From the NCBI GenBank assembly GCA_051362555.1, contig CM120644.1:814954-878953 (forward strand): a stretch of 64,000 bases of DNA, read 5' to 3'. Positions 27,001 to 38,900 of this stretch are shown in pieces. A program made the position numbers and the translations under genes. A model generated the notes under the pieces. It did not search any database. It had not been told where the DNA came from and saw nothing but the letters and a program-made list of their open reading frames with translations. Source of the stretch: Lingula anatina. Its lineage: Eukaryota; Animalia; Brachiopoda. Each line of letters begins with the position of its first letter. Position 1 is the stretch's first letter.

Positions 27001-30000
27001 ATATTTTAATTTGAGGCGTTCGTATGGTACTCATGGTTATGGGTGTAACTATTTATTATTGATATTATAATACCCCCACAGATGTTATGCTTTGCCCTGG
27101 TTAGTTTTGAAGTTAACGATCTACTTGTTGTAACTCAAAAAGTTAAGGACACATTTCAATAAAAAATACAGGATCAGCTAGAAATGTGCTGATCTAGAAT
27201 CAACTGAACTTTAAAAACGCTCAATATATTCATTACCAATGGGAAATGAGCTGACTTGGCGTGGGTCTGCACCCTTTGATGGCTTTATTTCCAGTCATTA
27301 TTACTTTTTTTCAATAACAAGTGCTAGATGCATGGGATTTCAATTCGATATCAATATGAATACCTTCCATGTGGTAATGAATTAATGTGATCTTGGATAA
27401 AAAATAACCAAATCTTCATTTCACATATTCAAAATATTACTAAACTAAACGTTTTCAATAATACTAGAATTAAACATATATTTTTATATTATATTCTATA
27501 GGCACACGTGCGATAGGAGACGCCCTAACAGACGAGTCAGACGTTAATCCTGCAAGCCATCAAAGTGAGTCATGTCAGCCGTCATGTATTCTTATGACCA
27601 ACAATGTCTGATACAGTTCGTCAACAATACCATATCGCTATTAACTTGATCATTGTTTAGTTTGCTGTGCTGTAAAAATGATTTTAGTAACATGTTTTCT
27701 TATTATATAGCTTGGTTGCATTTTGATGCCATGTGAGACATACTTTTAAAATAATGAAACTTATACATAATCCCAAAAATGAAAACCGTATACTTTCCAG
27801 AGGGATGTTAAAAAAATCCATTCTGGACAGAATTAAATAAAAAGGACTACATTTAAAATTAAAATTGCATTGTTTTTACAAGTGTGATACCTACTGAATT
27901 TGTTTATTTTGCCTCATATTTTTTATTCTAAGAACTACACGCACTGTAGGTGAAAGAATTTTTTTCTTTTGCAGGAAGTAAACTCCATACGACCGAACCA
28001 GATGCTGCCTCTTGTAAGGTACATTCAGAATTTTCATCACTCAACTTTGATTGTTTTTGCTTCGTTTGGGGGTTGGTTGGGGGTTATTATAAGGATCCAT
28101 TTAATTCCACTCAGGCATATGTTATACTATACTTTAAAGTCTTATTTAGCTTTTCACGATGAATATAGGAAACCACCAACCTGCTTTTCCAACTTTTTCA
28201 TTGTATTGATCATGAATAAGAACTATTAGCGGGTAGCACTGATTTTTTTTTAAATTTCAGCTGTTATAGTAATATTAGCATAGAAACTTGAAATTGTCTT
28301 CCAATTATCAGGTACCTGTAATGAGCCCAACACACAAAAACCTGTTGGTACAAATGCGTCCAATGCTGATAAAATATCTCCAAGTTGAGGACATCATCCC
28401 GGACATGGAAGCAAGCGGAATCCTTAGTAAACTTAATGCAGATAAGATAAAGGCTCAAAAGACGGATCAAGAACAAGCTTTTGAATTTCTCTGTATTCTA
28501 CCTAAATGTGGTCCTCGTGCATTTGACACCTTTGTTGAAGTGTTGAGAAAACACAACAAAAAAGAACTTGCAGGTTCGTTAGCAGAAAAGGCGACCACTT
28601 GTTGTAGTACAAACCAGATAGCTACTTTCTACATCAATCACATGAGCCAGATACAGCGCCTTCCCTGGGACCCCAACGACACGATGCACATGGACGATGT
28701 CTATGTTAACTTACAGTGGGTACAAGAAGAAAGCAAACCCAAGGGCACCAGCTTTAAAGCAGTTGAAAATTATGCATCAATATTTGAAGATACCGAACAA
28801 GACAAACGACCAAAGAGAATATTAGTCAGAGGAAAAGCAGGTATCGGCAAAACCACATTTACACAGAAGATAGCAACAGATTGGGCAAACAATGCAGTCG
28901 GGTTAAAAAAATGTGAAGAAGTTTTGTCAAAATATGAACATCTTATCATATTAAATCTACGCAGCATTCAGCCTGGTCAAACACTGAAGGAAGCAATTGG
29001 AATACAAATTCCTTGTTCTGCAGAAATTACGAAGGTAGTGGCAGAGGAAGCCATGTATGCTCTGGACAATAACAGTGACCATGTGCTGTTGGTCTTTGAC
29101 GGTTATGATGAATATGATCCCAAAACTTCACAAGAAATCACAGAAGTTATCAATCGTACACGATACCAGGATGTATGCACCATCATCACAACACGTCCAT
29201 GGAAGGCAGAAGAGTTGATGAACAGACGGATAATGGACAGTGTGTATGAAATCACTGGGCTAACAAAGGACAATATAGCTCAGTATGTTGCAAATTTCTT
29301 TGATAAGAAAGAAATAAGGAAGGGTCTTTTAAGATACCTAGATAAAATGAGTCTTATGTCTCTGGCAGAGGTCCCAATACTTTTACTATTCATTTGCCTT
29401 CTGTGGGAAGATCAGTTAAGTGATTCAAGTACAGTTTCACTTCCAGGTTCCTACACACTGCTATATGAGAGCCTTATACAGTTGCTCATAAGACGAAGAT
29501 ATAACATCAGGTCACAGGAAAAAGTGGGTGAATATCTTGAAAAACTGAAATACACTTTTTTCAATATTGGTAAGCTGGCTTTAGAGGGTCTGCTTAAACC
29601 AGATGGAGGTCTTGTATTTGATGAAGAAGATTTAAAATTGATTCCAAACATAAGTAATTTGTACAGTTTAGGTCTTCTCAACAAATCCAAAGTACAGTGT
29701 CATCTTGATGTGAAATATCAAGTAACATTTCTTCATAAAACCATTCAAGAACTATTTGCTGCAGAATACCTTGCTGGGACAGTATGTGATAATGATCATG
29801 TTTTAGATGAATTTCTGGGACACTTAAACACCCTTGACAGGCTCTATGACATGAACTATGTGCTGCGTTTCTTATGTGGGTTATCAAAGCCAGCAATTGC
29901 CAAAGTGCGACCTAGAGCTCAAGAGCTGGCAAAGATGGATGCATCTCTAAAACACTTTTATTCTTCAAATACTGAAGTTGATACCAGTACTTTATTCAAC

Positions 30001-31155
30001 AGACATACCTTTCCATGGGATTTTCCCTTTGATAGTCAAATTGCTAACCGGTACATACAACATTTCAATGACTTCCTCCTAGAACACTGGTATGCACAAT
30101 GCTCCCAGGAAAGAGATTTGACTCCCGAGCTTACCCCCTGGCACACCATACTCAGCATACCATACTCATTTAAACACTATGATCCGAGATTTCAGGAGGT
30201 CTTAGACAACAGTTTACGCAATAATGAACAGATATGGAAAAATGTATTCCAAGATGTGAATACTGTCATTTGGGACAACACTACAGATACATCAAATGAA
30301 GCGATTCACTTATTAATGATGTGTGAAGTATTCAGGAATCTTTCATTTATATTTGGGGAAAAAGCAAAATACTTGGATCCTAATAGCTATAACAGTGCTT
30401 TAAAACATTTATTGTCCAATGCGCCTAACTTAAACACACTTTGTATCGATAGACACTTTGATAGTTCATACTTATCCTTAATACAAAACCCCGCAAAATT
30501 GCGTAACCTGCTTGTTAGTGACTGGAAGGATCTTAGTGCAGCACCAGAACCAGTAGACGCTCAGATTCTTAGGCAGACGTCAGCGTTGAAGTGTTTACAT
30601 CTAGAACGTGGTACATGTAAAAGCTTGACAAAAGACCTAGGGGGTCAGCTCCCGTTCAGTCGTGCTCTTACGCACTTAGCGATTAAGGATTTTCCCCTTA
30701 CTGCTGAGTGTGTCAAGATACTGGGCAAGAATCTTAATTGTGTGGCAGAACTGGAACAATTAAAACTGGAAGGTGTATTTAATTGGCCATATATCATCTA
30801 CTTGAACCTGACATTGCTACAGGCGGGACTCGTTTATGAAAATTGTCCATATATTGATCAGCAAGAACATGAAGACCATGGTTGCCCACATGTTTGTGAT
30901 GCCGTGCTTGAACTGGGCCACGGTGTGACACACACCCCTAAGTTGAAACATTTCTCATTGGCAAACAATGAGTTAGGTTGGCACTGTGGTATCGCCAGTT
31001 CCCTCACGGCATTGGTACAATCTCTCAGTACAGTGTCAGAGCAGACCAGAATGGAGATTGACTTATCTCTTAATTATGCAGACAAAGTTGACAGCCTCAA
31101 GGAGCAGATAGAGAACATTGTCAGTTCTTATCCGCACGTGACCCTGACATTTTAG
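21090..31155 (+). CDS. NLR-2: Ser/Thr-rich N-terminus-CARD-NACHT-LRR, about 1040 aa; exons 21090-21111, 26493-26642, 27502-27564, 27975-28018, 28312-31155
   Basis: The last exon is a close paralogue of the NLR-1 last exon (GKAGIGKTT, LLVFDGYDE, FLHKTIQELFAA). Exons at 27502 and 27975 are homologous to NLR-1 exons at 6522 and 7317 with the same phases. The two 5'-most exons rest on splice signals and frame only. Confidence 0.8.
21125..22516. mobile_element. Foldback/MULE-like non-autonomous element in an NLR-2 intron
   Basis: Clusters of a degenerate AGTAATGCAAGTCC motif in both orientations at both ends (21125-21345 and 22320-22516). Confidence 0.55.
22135..22226 (-). mobile_element. tRNA-derived (SINE-like) head with Pol III A and B boxes
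   Basis: The - strand reads TCTGTCTAGTGGTTAG (A-box-like) ... GGTTCGAGACC (B box). No clean cloverleaf. Confidence 0.4.
24840..25180 (-). pseudogene. Transposon ORF remnant with SWIM-type zinc finger (ISL2EU/Harbinger-group-like)
   Basis: The - strand gives VYQIKEASQYTDEHL...YTLWIQ...WYCQCKAGSKTVGSCAHITSVLWYMG with a stop and frameshift. The family call is from recall of similar proteins. Confidence 0.6.
27070..27297. mobile_element. Short Helentron-associated (HINE/DINE-like) element; related copy in opposite orientation at 58097-58328
   Basis: Ends TTGGCGTGGGTCTGCACCCT, resembling the reverse complement of AGAGTGCAGACCTCTGCCAAGG near 58115-58135. Confidence 0.45.
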
Positions 31156-31172
31156 ACAATGTAACTTCTTTG

Positions 31173-31175
<3 letters not shown>

Positions 31176-31217
<42 letters not shown>
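31176..31217. repeat. (TA)n microsatellite just after the NLR-2 stop
   Basis: Direct inspection. Confidence 0.95.
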
Positions 31218-31220
<3 letters not shown>

Positions 31221-32066
31221 GAAAACTTATCTGTCGGATTGCTTTCTTTTACTGTGTATAAAGCCATACAGGTAAGTCTCCTTTGGTCGAGATACCGTCT
31301 TAGAAAGTATTGTTTTATTTTTAAAAGACTGAGATTAAATGTAAAGTGTTGCATATATAGTGGCCATTGAAAGTGGGGAACGTATTACTGCCTCGCCTTT
31401 GCCAAAAAATTGATGTGAGTTTTGTTTTGTCATTTTATCACCAAGTTCATGAACCATGTCCTGGCATATCTATATTTATGTACTTGATTATCATTGCCCA
31501 GGCTGATAGCTGACTGGTAAAGTGAAAATTAATATGACGGATTGCTATCTCATACGGTGTATATATGAGATCATGGCTCTATCATTTCAGCGAGGATATT
31601 ATGAATTGAAAAGATACTGTATTTTAATGAACAGACACAGATGTGTATGTAGCGGTGACCGGGGGTAGTTTATGACAAAGTAACTATAGGGTAAAAGAAC
31701 TGATCACATCATTTTTTAAAGTGACCGTATCCAGTAGTGGCAAGAAAGCGTCGCCAGTGAGTCCAAATGAAATAGTTAAGCATCTTAAAGTAACTTTATT
31801 AAAGAGACTTGATAGAGGGGGCCAACTTACCCCGAGGCCCAACTAGCCCCGGTCTCCCCTACATATAGTTGTCACCGTCATAAGTGGATTAAAACTAATC
31901 GAGGTTAATTCTAAAGTGTGCATAGTGGCCATTGAAGGTGGGAATGCATTTTTTATAATTTGCCTCACCTGTAGGGGTACCCTTCCCAAAATTGATGCTG
32001 CTTTATAATGGGAGTGAAAATGTTGTTCTGGAATTTTTACTAACATGTTCATGAACCATGTGCCAG

Positions 32067-32230
32067 TGTAAGGAAACTGAGGGTCCGTGAAACAGAAAGT
32101 CCGCCCTCCTTATAGTTATAATGGTTAGGGTTAGTCTGACATAAGTGGGTCAAAATCTAGAGCGAGGATCACCTGGACAAATGAATGGGAAGCGGACTCT
32201 CTGTTATGGGGGACCCTCTGTCATGTTACA
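32067..32230. mobile_element. 164-bp MITE with TGT...ACA ends
   Basis: Imperfect 20-bp TIRs TGTAAGGAAACTGAGGGTCC / GGACCCTCTGTCATGTTACA. No TSD seen. Confidence 0.5.
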
Positions 32231-33639
32231 GTTATTAAGTAGTTTTTTGTAATCTAATTATGTCAATTGTAAAGAAGATAGTTTTATCAGGTTAAAATGT
32301 ATTTTTCTTCTATGCATGCCCATTATATGCAACACAATTTATTAATCACGGGATATAATAATTTAAGTGTTAGTTACTTCCATGCCATTGTTAGCATTCC
32401 CTGTTGATAAAATAGCCATGCGCATGCAAAACGCCTTTATAAGGCATTCAGAACAAGTTGATACGCGCACTAGCAGACCTGAGGACTTAACATGGCCGAG
32501 TCACTTAAAAGGAGCGCCGACTAATTCTCTAATGGCCTCCCTTCCTCCACACACCCCGGCGCTGCAAGGACCTGGCAACTAAACCTCAAAGCCAAGATTT
32601 AATTCCTTTAATGGTGGTGTGGAGGCGGCGAGAATATCAGGGGTTTAAAAATTATCGTCCATAAAACCAAAAGTAGAAAAAACTCTACTGTCACATTCTG
32701 TCACATCTAACACAATCCACTTTCACGTACTGTCACATCTAACACAATCCACTGGCACATACTGTCACATCTAACACAATCCACTGTCACATACTGTCAC
32801 ATCTAACACAACCCACTGTCATAATATCATAATACGTGAAATTCATACCTCACTGCTAATGGACGTTATATATTACAGTTTTCCTCGGCAACATGTTTGC
32901 TCAATTTGACCAAGCGGTCGCAAACCCTGTGGGATATTATATCGTCATCATAAGTACCACAGACGGTTATAATAAACTGCTTGCAAGTATTGGAAGCCTT
33001 CAGCAGCTGCCCTTAATCGTCTTTTTTTTTTTAAACATTGAACCCATACAGTCCTACAGTACAAATTTCCTTCTCAAAATTCTCTCTCAATATTATCAGA
33101 ATCGAAAATAGAACCTAACATTTCGAGGTCTAAGCAGGATGTGCAGTAGAGGCATTATCATAGTATACTCTCTGACCACAGAGGTCGCCAGTAGTCTGTT
33201 AGAAAATTGTTGAATCTTCTTCAATTTTGTGTCAGACCCCTGTGATATCAGAGGTCAATCATGGTAGTACTGGTGAATGGTTTCTGTATATGCCACCTCT
33301 GTGCGTACTCCCCTGAAGTGGGAGACCAGTCGAATACTGAACATACTCAAAAAGAACAACGAAAGATGGTTAAGTCGGCTGAAATTTTTTATTGTATAAT
33401 ACATCGGGCTATAAACCTACTTGATTAACATTAAAATTTTGTACAGGTACAAAGGTACAGTATTTTAGTACATTTATTTCCAGGTCAGTAAGATTATGTC
33501 ATGACTGGACGGGAAGGAGCCAAATAAATGATTCAGCTAACCAAATTACCTTCAAATAAAATAGTGAAAGAAAAATGCCTACATGTAATACTGCATGAGG
33601 GGGAGGGGGACTGTCGAAAAGGTTTGTGCGCTGTTTGTC

Positions 33640-34115
33640 TTTTTTCTCTACCAGAGGTCAACAGGGTAGAGACGTCGATTCAATGCAGAAATTCCCACAG
33701 TAGACCAACAAAAAAGACACAGAGGATATATGTTGATATCTAATGGAATTAAAAAACTCCGTCCCTGCCTCCGGATAGTTCTTAATGTCTTAATGTCTCA
33801 CTGTAGCATATAATCAAAAGATACGCCTCCCGCATTGCAAGGCATGTCTCACATTACACGAAAACCACTGACGCGATGCACTCCTTTTTTTCTTCCTATT
33901 TCACACAAAGTAAACACCGCTAAAAGTTTTCTTCCAATCTTTGGAATGGAATAACTTCAGCTAGAGTCACATAACAAAAGGTGTCATTGTTCCATTCAAA
34001 TAAAGAGCTGGGGTTTCACTAGGCAGAATAAACAGGTGCGTATTTGCTTACCTCCCCAAATAGCAACCTTAAAAGAATTTAGGTAGAAAAAGCACTAGTA
34101 TTTTAGCAGGCACAT
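33640..34115 (+). other. Promoter, non-coding exon 1 and start of intron 1 of a third NLR paralogue
   Basis: Collinear with about 488-982 (ACCACTGACGCGAT, CACTAGGCAGAATAAACAG|GT, GCACTAGTATTTTAGCAGGCACAT). Similarity stops abruptly at 34116. Confidence 0.8.
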
Positions 34116-34494
34116 TGTTGTGCCAAAATAGGTACGCTGCCAAAATAGGTACGCGCCGCACTATTTGGCACTATAGCTGCCAAAATAGGCACGCTGCCAA
34201 AATAAGTACGTCGTTGACAGCTCCGCACTGACGAAATTTGGGCATGATTTCTTTTATGGAGAAACTGTATGTTTATCGATATGACACTTTACAAAATTAA
34301 TCTCAGTGAGCCGGGATAATGTGTAGGTTTATATTTTGAATGATTATATAGTGTATTTTTCTAAGAAATAAGATTTAAAATGCAGTAATTGCTTAACCGC
34401 ATATATCAAGCCTTTGATACGATCTTTATGATAAAGGTGGGTTTTTGGTCACCCAAAAGGTAATAAACATAAAATATTGACATGACCTATTGTC

Positions 34495-35230
34495 AGATCA
34501 GTTTTACTTCTTGGTTCAAGTTAGCAAGTCATATATTTTTGGTGATTTCTCATAGGAAACAAGCTTCCAAAATAGGTATGCCACCTGCTAAAATAAGTCT
34601 TTGACAACAGCTTACTAATTTATGTATATTCTACCACGGTAGGCCAAAGTTTTTTAATATATATGTAAAATGTGGTCATCATTTATTGTTAGATCAGTTT
34701 TACTTCTTGGTTCAAGTTAGCAAGTCATATATTTTTGGTGATTTCTCATAGGAAACAAGCTTCCAAAATAGGTATGCCACCTGCTAAAATAAGTCTTTGA
34801 CAACAGCTTACTAATTTATGTATATTCTACCACGGTAGGCCAAAGTTTTTTAATATATATGTAAAATGTGGTCATCATTTATTGTTAGATCAGTTTTACT
34901 TCTTGGTTCAAGTTAGCAGGTCATATATTTTTGGTGATTTCTCATAGGAAACAAGCTGCCAAAATAGGTATGCCACCTGCTAAAATAAGTCCTCGACAAC
35001 AGCTTACCAACGTATGTATATTCTGCTACGGTAGACCCAAGTTTTTTTAAGATATATGTAAAATGTGGCCATGATTTATATTTAGATCCGTTTTACTTCT
35101 TGGCTCAAGTTAGCAGGTCATATATTTTTGCCAAAATAGGTATGCCACATATGTCAAATTAGTCCTTGACATAGCTTACTAATTTTTGTGTTGTCTGTCA
35201 TGATAGATCTTTGTTTTGTATTTTTTATGT
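34495..35230. repeat. 196-bp subterminal tandem repeat, about 3.7 copies
   Basis: Units start at 34495, 34691, 34887 and 35084. Each carries CCAAAATAGGTATG, related to the terminal motif. Confidence 0.92.
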
Positions 35231-35792
35231 AAAATATGTTAATAAATAATTATCAGGTCAAAATTACTGCTATGTTTATCAAGTACTATGTCAATGTCAG
35301 ATATAGAAAATTCCAAAATTGAAGAAATGACTGATTTACAAAGATTTATTGTGAAACGAAATTCCTTTGCTCAGTTAAAGAATGTCTATACATAAGAAGT
35401 TGCTTAGGAACAGACTGTCATTAACAGTTAAATTGAACACAAGCAATTTAAGGGAATAAACAGGTGACATCCAATCAATATCAAACAAATTTGAAAACCT
35501 ATTGCCTTTCCCAGCTGCTAGTGTAAAGCAAGATCAAGGGAAATGCTTCAGTCCTTTGGGTTGAAACCAGTGGTCTGTCGTTTTCAGTCTGTTTATGCCA
35601 CCTTGGTACAGAGTGATCAATCTTAATCTTTCCAAACAGCAGTGCTCTTTAGTTTGTATCCAACACCTCAAACATAATGTCCACAATATCATCTGTACTG
35701 GCACAATTACAAAGATAATATTCAAGTCATTTACATAAATAAATTCCTTTTGACAATTACATTTTGACTAGGTTTCCATAGTTAGATTGATC

Positions 35793-35986
35793 TGGATCGA
35801 CCTAACTTCATGGGGAGTCACACTAAATTGCTATCAGCTCAAGAGGCTTAAATGTCTGTCATGCCTACCAAATCAGCTAGGGTAAAGATATTTGCCCCCT
35901 AACAGCTTTACTAGGCCTGACAGACATTTAGGCCGGTTAAGTTGGTTGCAATTTAGTGAGACTGCCCAGGGAGATAGATTCGTCCA
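35793..35986. repeat. About 195-bp imperfect palindrome (long hairpin)
   Basis: Arms of about 75 bp: AGTCACACTAAATTGC...TAAATGTCTGTCATGCCTA versus TAGGCCTGACAGACATTTA...GCAATTTAGTGAGACT. The inner segment also pairs. Confidence 0.85.
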
Positions 35987-38900
35987 AAAATATGTGCAAA
36001 TGGTCTATTTATCTAGGTCACATATATATATTAGCCTGTGCTGAATTGAATATATATTCAGCAATTGTAACATTTAAATATATGTTAAACCTCTTGTCGA
36101 GCAGGTATAAAATAGATACTGGAACCACATTGCAAATTGTCTAACGCACATACTACTGTTCAGATGACATCTTACAAAGAGCATCTATACATGTCAAATT
36201 CCAGATAGTTTGGCTTTAAAACCTCCCAATGAACATTATTTTCAAGGTGAAGATTAATTACTATGGTTTTTAGTTCTAAATAAAATATTGTAAATTAAAC
36301 TATTTTCACACAAGACATACATTTATTATAATTGAAAAATCAATATAGCTTTGTGATTCCTAGATTGAGAGTTGGAGCTGTGTTGGACCCATAGTCACAC
36401 TCTTAACTCTGCTTACAAGGCAAAAGTAATATCTGAACTGAAGGTTCAGAAATAAATTTAAAGCTACAGTTGAACACAACTAAAATATCTTAATCACATA
36501 AGAGTATGGTATTGATCATTAAAAACTCAAAGTAACATTTTCAGTATATGCCCCTTAAAACTAATTGCAATCAATATTTGCATAGGTCTTGAGATAAAAA
36601 TAGCACATTTGAGTCAAAATAACAATTAAAAAAATTAACTATAATTATTAAAACCCCCAAGAGTTAATCAACCCAGCAAATTTACCATTGCCCCGTTAGC
36701 CAGCCGAACTGATTACCACCACCTACGACATGGACGAGGGGTTGGATTTTAGGAGGCACAAGGGTTTTCTGTCAGGGTTTTCCTTCCCTTCGTCTGCATG
36801 ATGGAAACTTACGAGCTCACCCTAACAGCAGTTGCGACACTCCCAACGTGACTGTTGCAGATTCTCCAGGGCAGATGGCTGGATCCCTTCACATCTGACA
36901 TGGAACCATTGCAGGCAGTCGTCACATTCGATCCAGTTTTGGTGTTTGTCGTAGATCTGCCTACAATGACAATATATAGGAAATTTAGAAAATTTTGCTC
37001 TTGTATGGTGGCGGTTCTCTGATCTATATGGGAACATTTCCAGCTTTCCCCTTTCAAAACACCTGCTGAGATGTTCCCTCATCGCCCTTTGCTCCCCAAT
37101 GAAGTCCTCAGGTCTTGTTCCAAAGCACAGAGCAGTTGCATTAGCAATGGCAAAAAGACCACAGTCATTTCCGCCAGTTTGCTCTTGAACGTCTATATGC
37201 TCCAAAACAATTTCCTTGGATGGAGCAAAAAGCAATGAGGCAACAATCTCAGCAATCTTACCATTAAGTCTGGGGCTTGGTCTGGAATCATACACTTGTA
37301 CACAATTGCTACTTTTGCTATTGATGTTGGAGAGAGTAAGCCAATGGGAGTTAAGATTAACTATTTGCACAAATGATGAAGTGGGTGTGGATAAGAAATC
37401 TTTAACAAACTCTAGGGCACAAGTACCATGAAAGCCCTCTACCTTTGGAAACATATCTGACAAAATTCCATGTGCTAAGTCTATTTCATCACTAGTCAAC
37501 CAGGCATGTCTTTGACTTAATATTGTTTTAGAAGAAATGTCATACTTACTGCATGAAAGATTTTTTCTCCGCTTAAGTGACAAGGAAGGGACCTTACCTT
37601 TTCTTTTCATACCTACCCGTCCCTCACCATTGAGGGCCTTACAATCATCCTCCTCAGTCCTATCTACAAATGCAAATCAAAACATTGAAATGAGCAACCC
37701 CATAAAAATACTGAATAATACAAATAACTCTATTCATTTACATTAGCAAAACCAAGAGTATTTAACTTGTATTGCCAACTACATGAAAGTGTTTATCTCA
37801 TACTTAACCTATTCAGGAATTGTATATTATTTTTTAAAGCTTTGCCACAGATTACTTCTTTATTTTGGTTTATTTGTTTGGCTTTTATTTCCTTAACTCA
37901 TTATCAGGTGAGGTAAATGCCATACTGGCTCTTAAATAGTTTTACCAAAGATTTCAGTGAAGCCAGCGCTCAACAAGACCAGCAAAACTGCAATTTTAAG
38001 GAGAAAATTGGTTTCAACGGGGACCACTGCTCATAAATCAGGTGCCTTTTTACAAACCTTCTGTGTCCTTTGCCCCAGCTCCTGGGTCCTCGGTTCTCAC
38101 TGGTTCCTGGTCAGCACTAGCCTCAGCTGAAAAAAAAAAGTAAGAATATCACAGAAAAACTTTTTCCCCTAGGACCTTATTGTTGTTCTAAAGAGAAAAA
38201 AATGCTCAATACAGCATAGAACAATGCAATAGATCTAACAAATAGTTAAAGCTATATTGTTTAGTGGTTGCCTGGTGCTTTATAAAGGATACTGACTTAT
38301 GTCAGCATAGGTATGAAGGTAATTGTTTTGACACAACCCTTTTCACAGTCATTGTCAAAAAGGAGTGGTCATAAATCTGTCATATAGACATTCAAATAGT
38401 ATCTTTCACAGACATCAATAGTTTCAAAATATTACCAGACCTCAAATCAGTTCATTCAGGGTCTATCTATTATCTACAAGATCATCAAATTCTTTAATAC
38501 AAACCTGATGGGTCTTCTGCCCTTACTCCGGAGTCCTCTTGGTCAGCTGTGGCCTGGGCTGAAAAAAAAAAAAAAAACAGATTAGTGTATATGACAACAA
38601 TCTATTTCACTTTACTGGAGCTTTGAAATACACGTTTTGGCAGTCAGATCCTTATAATCAAAATATGTAAACAGTTAATTTGTTGTACATGACTTCATAA
38701 ATACTAAAGGCAATATGCACCCAAAGTCTTCATGGCACTTTAGGTGCATATTGCCTATTCACTACACAAGATAAAGACAAAATCCAAATACAAAACCTCA
38801 AATCAAAACCAATTTACTTTTGAAAAAATGTGCTGATCCTAAAAGAAATGAATGGTTTTAATCATAAAATTTGAGAGATTTTAAAAATCACTAATGCTCA

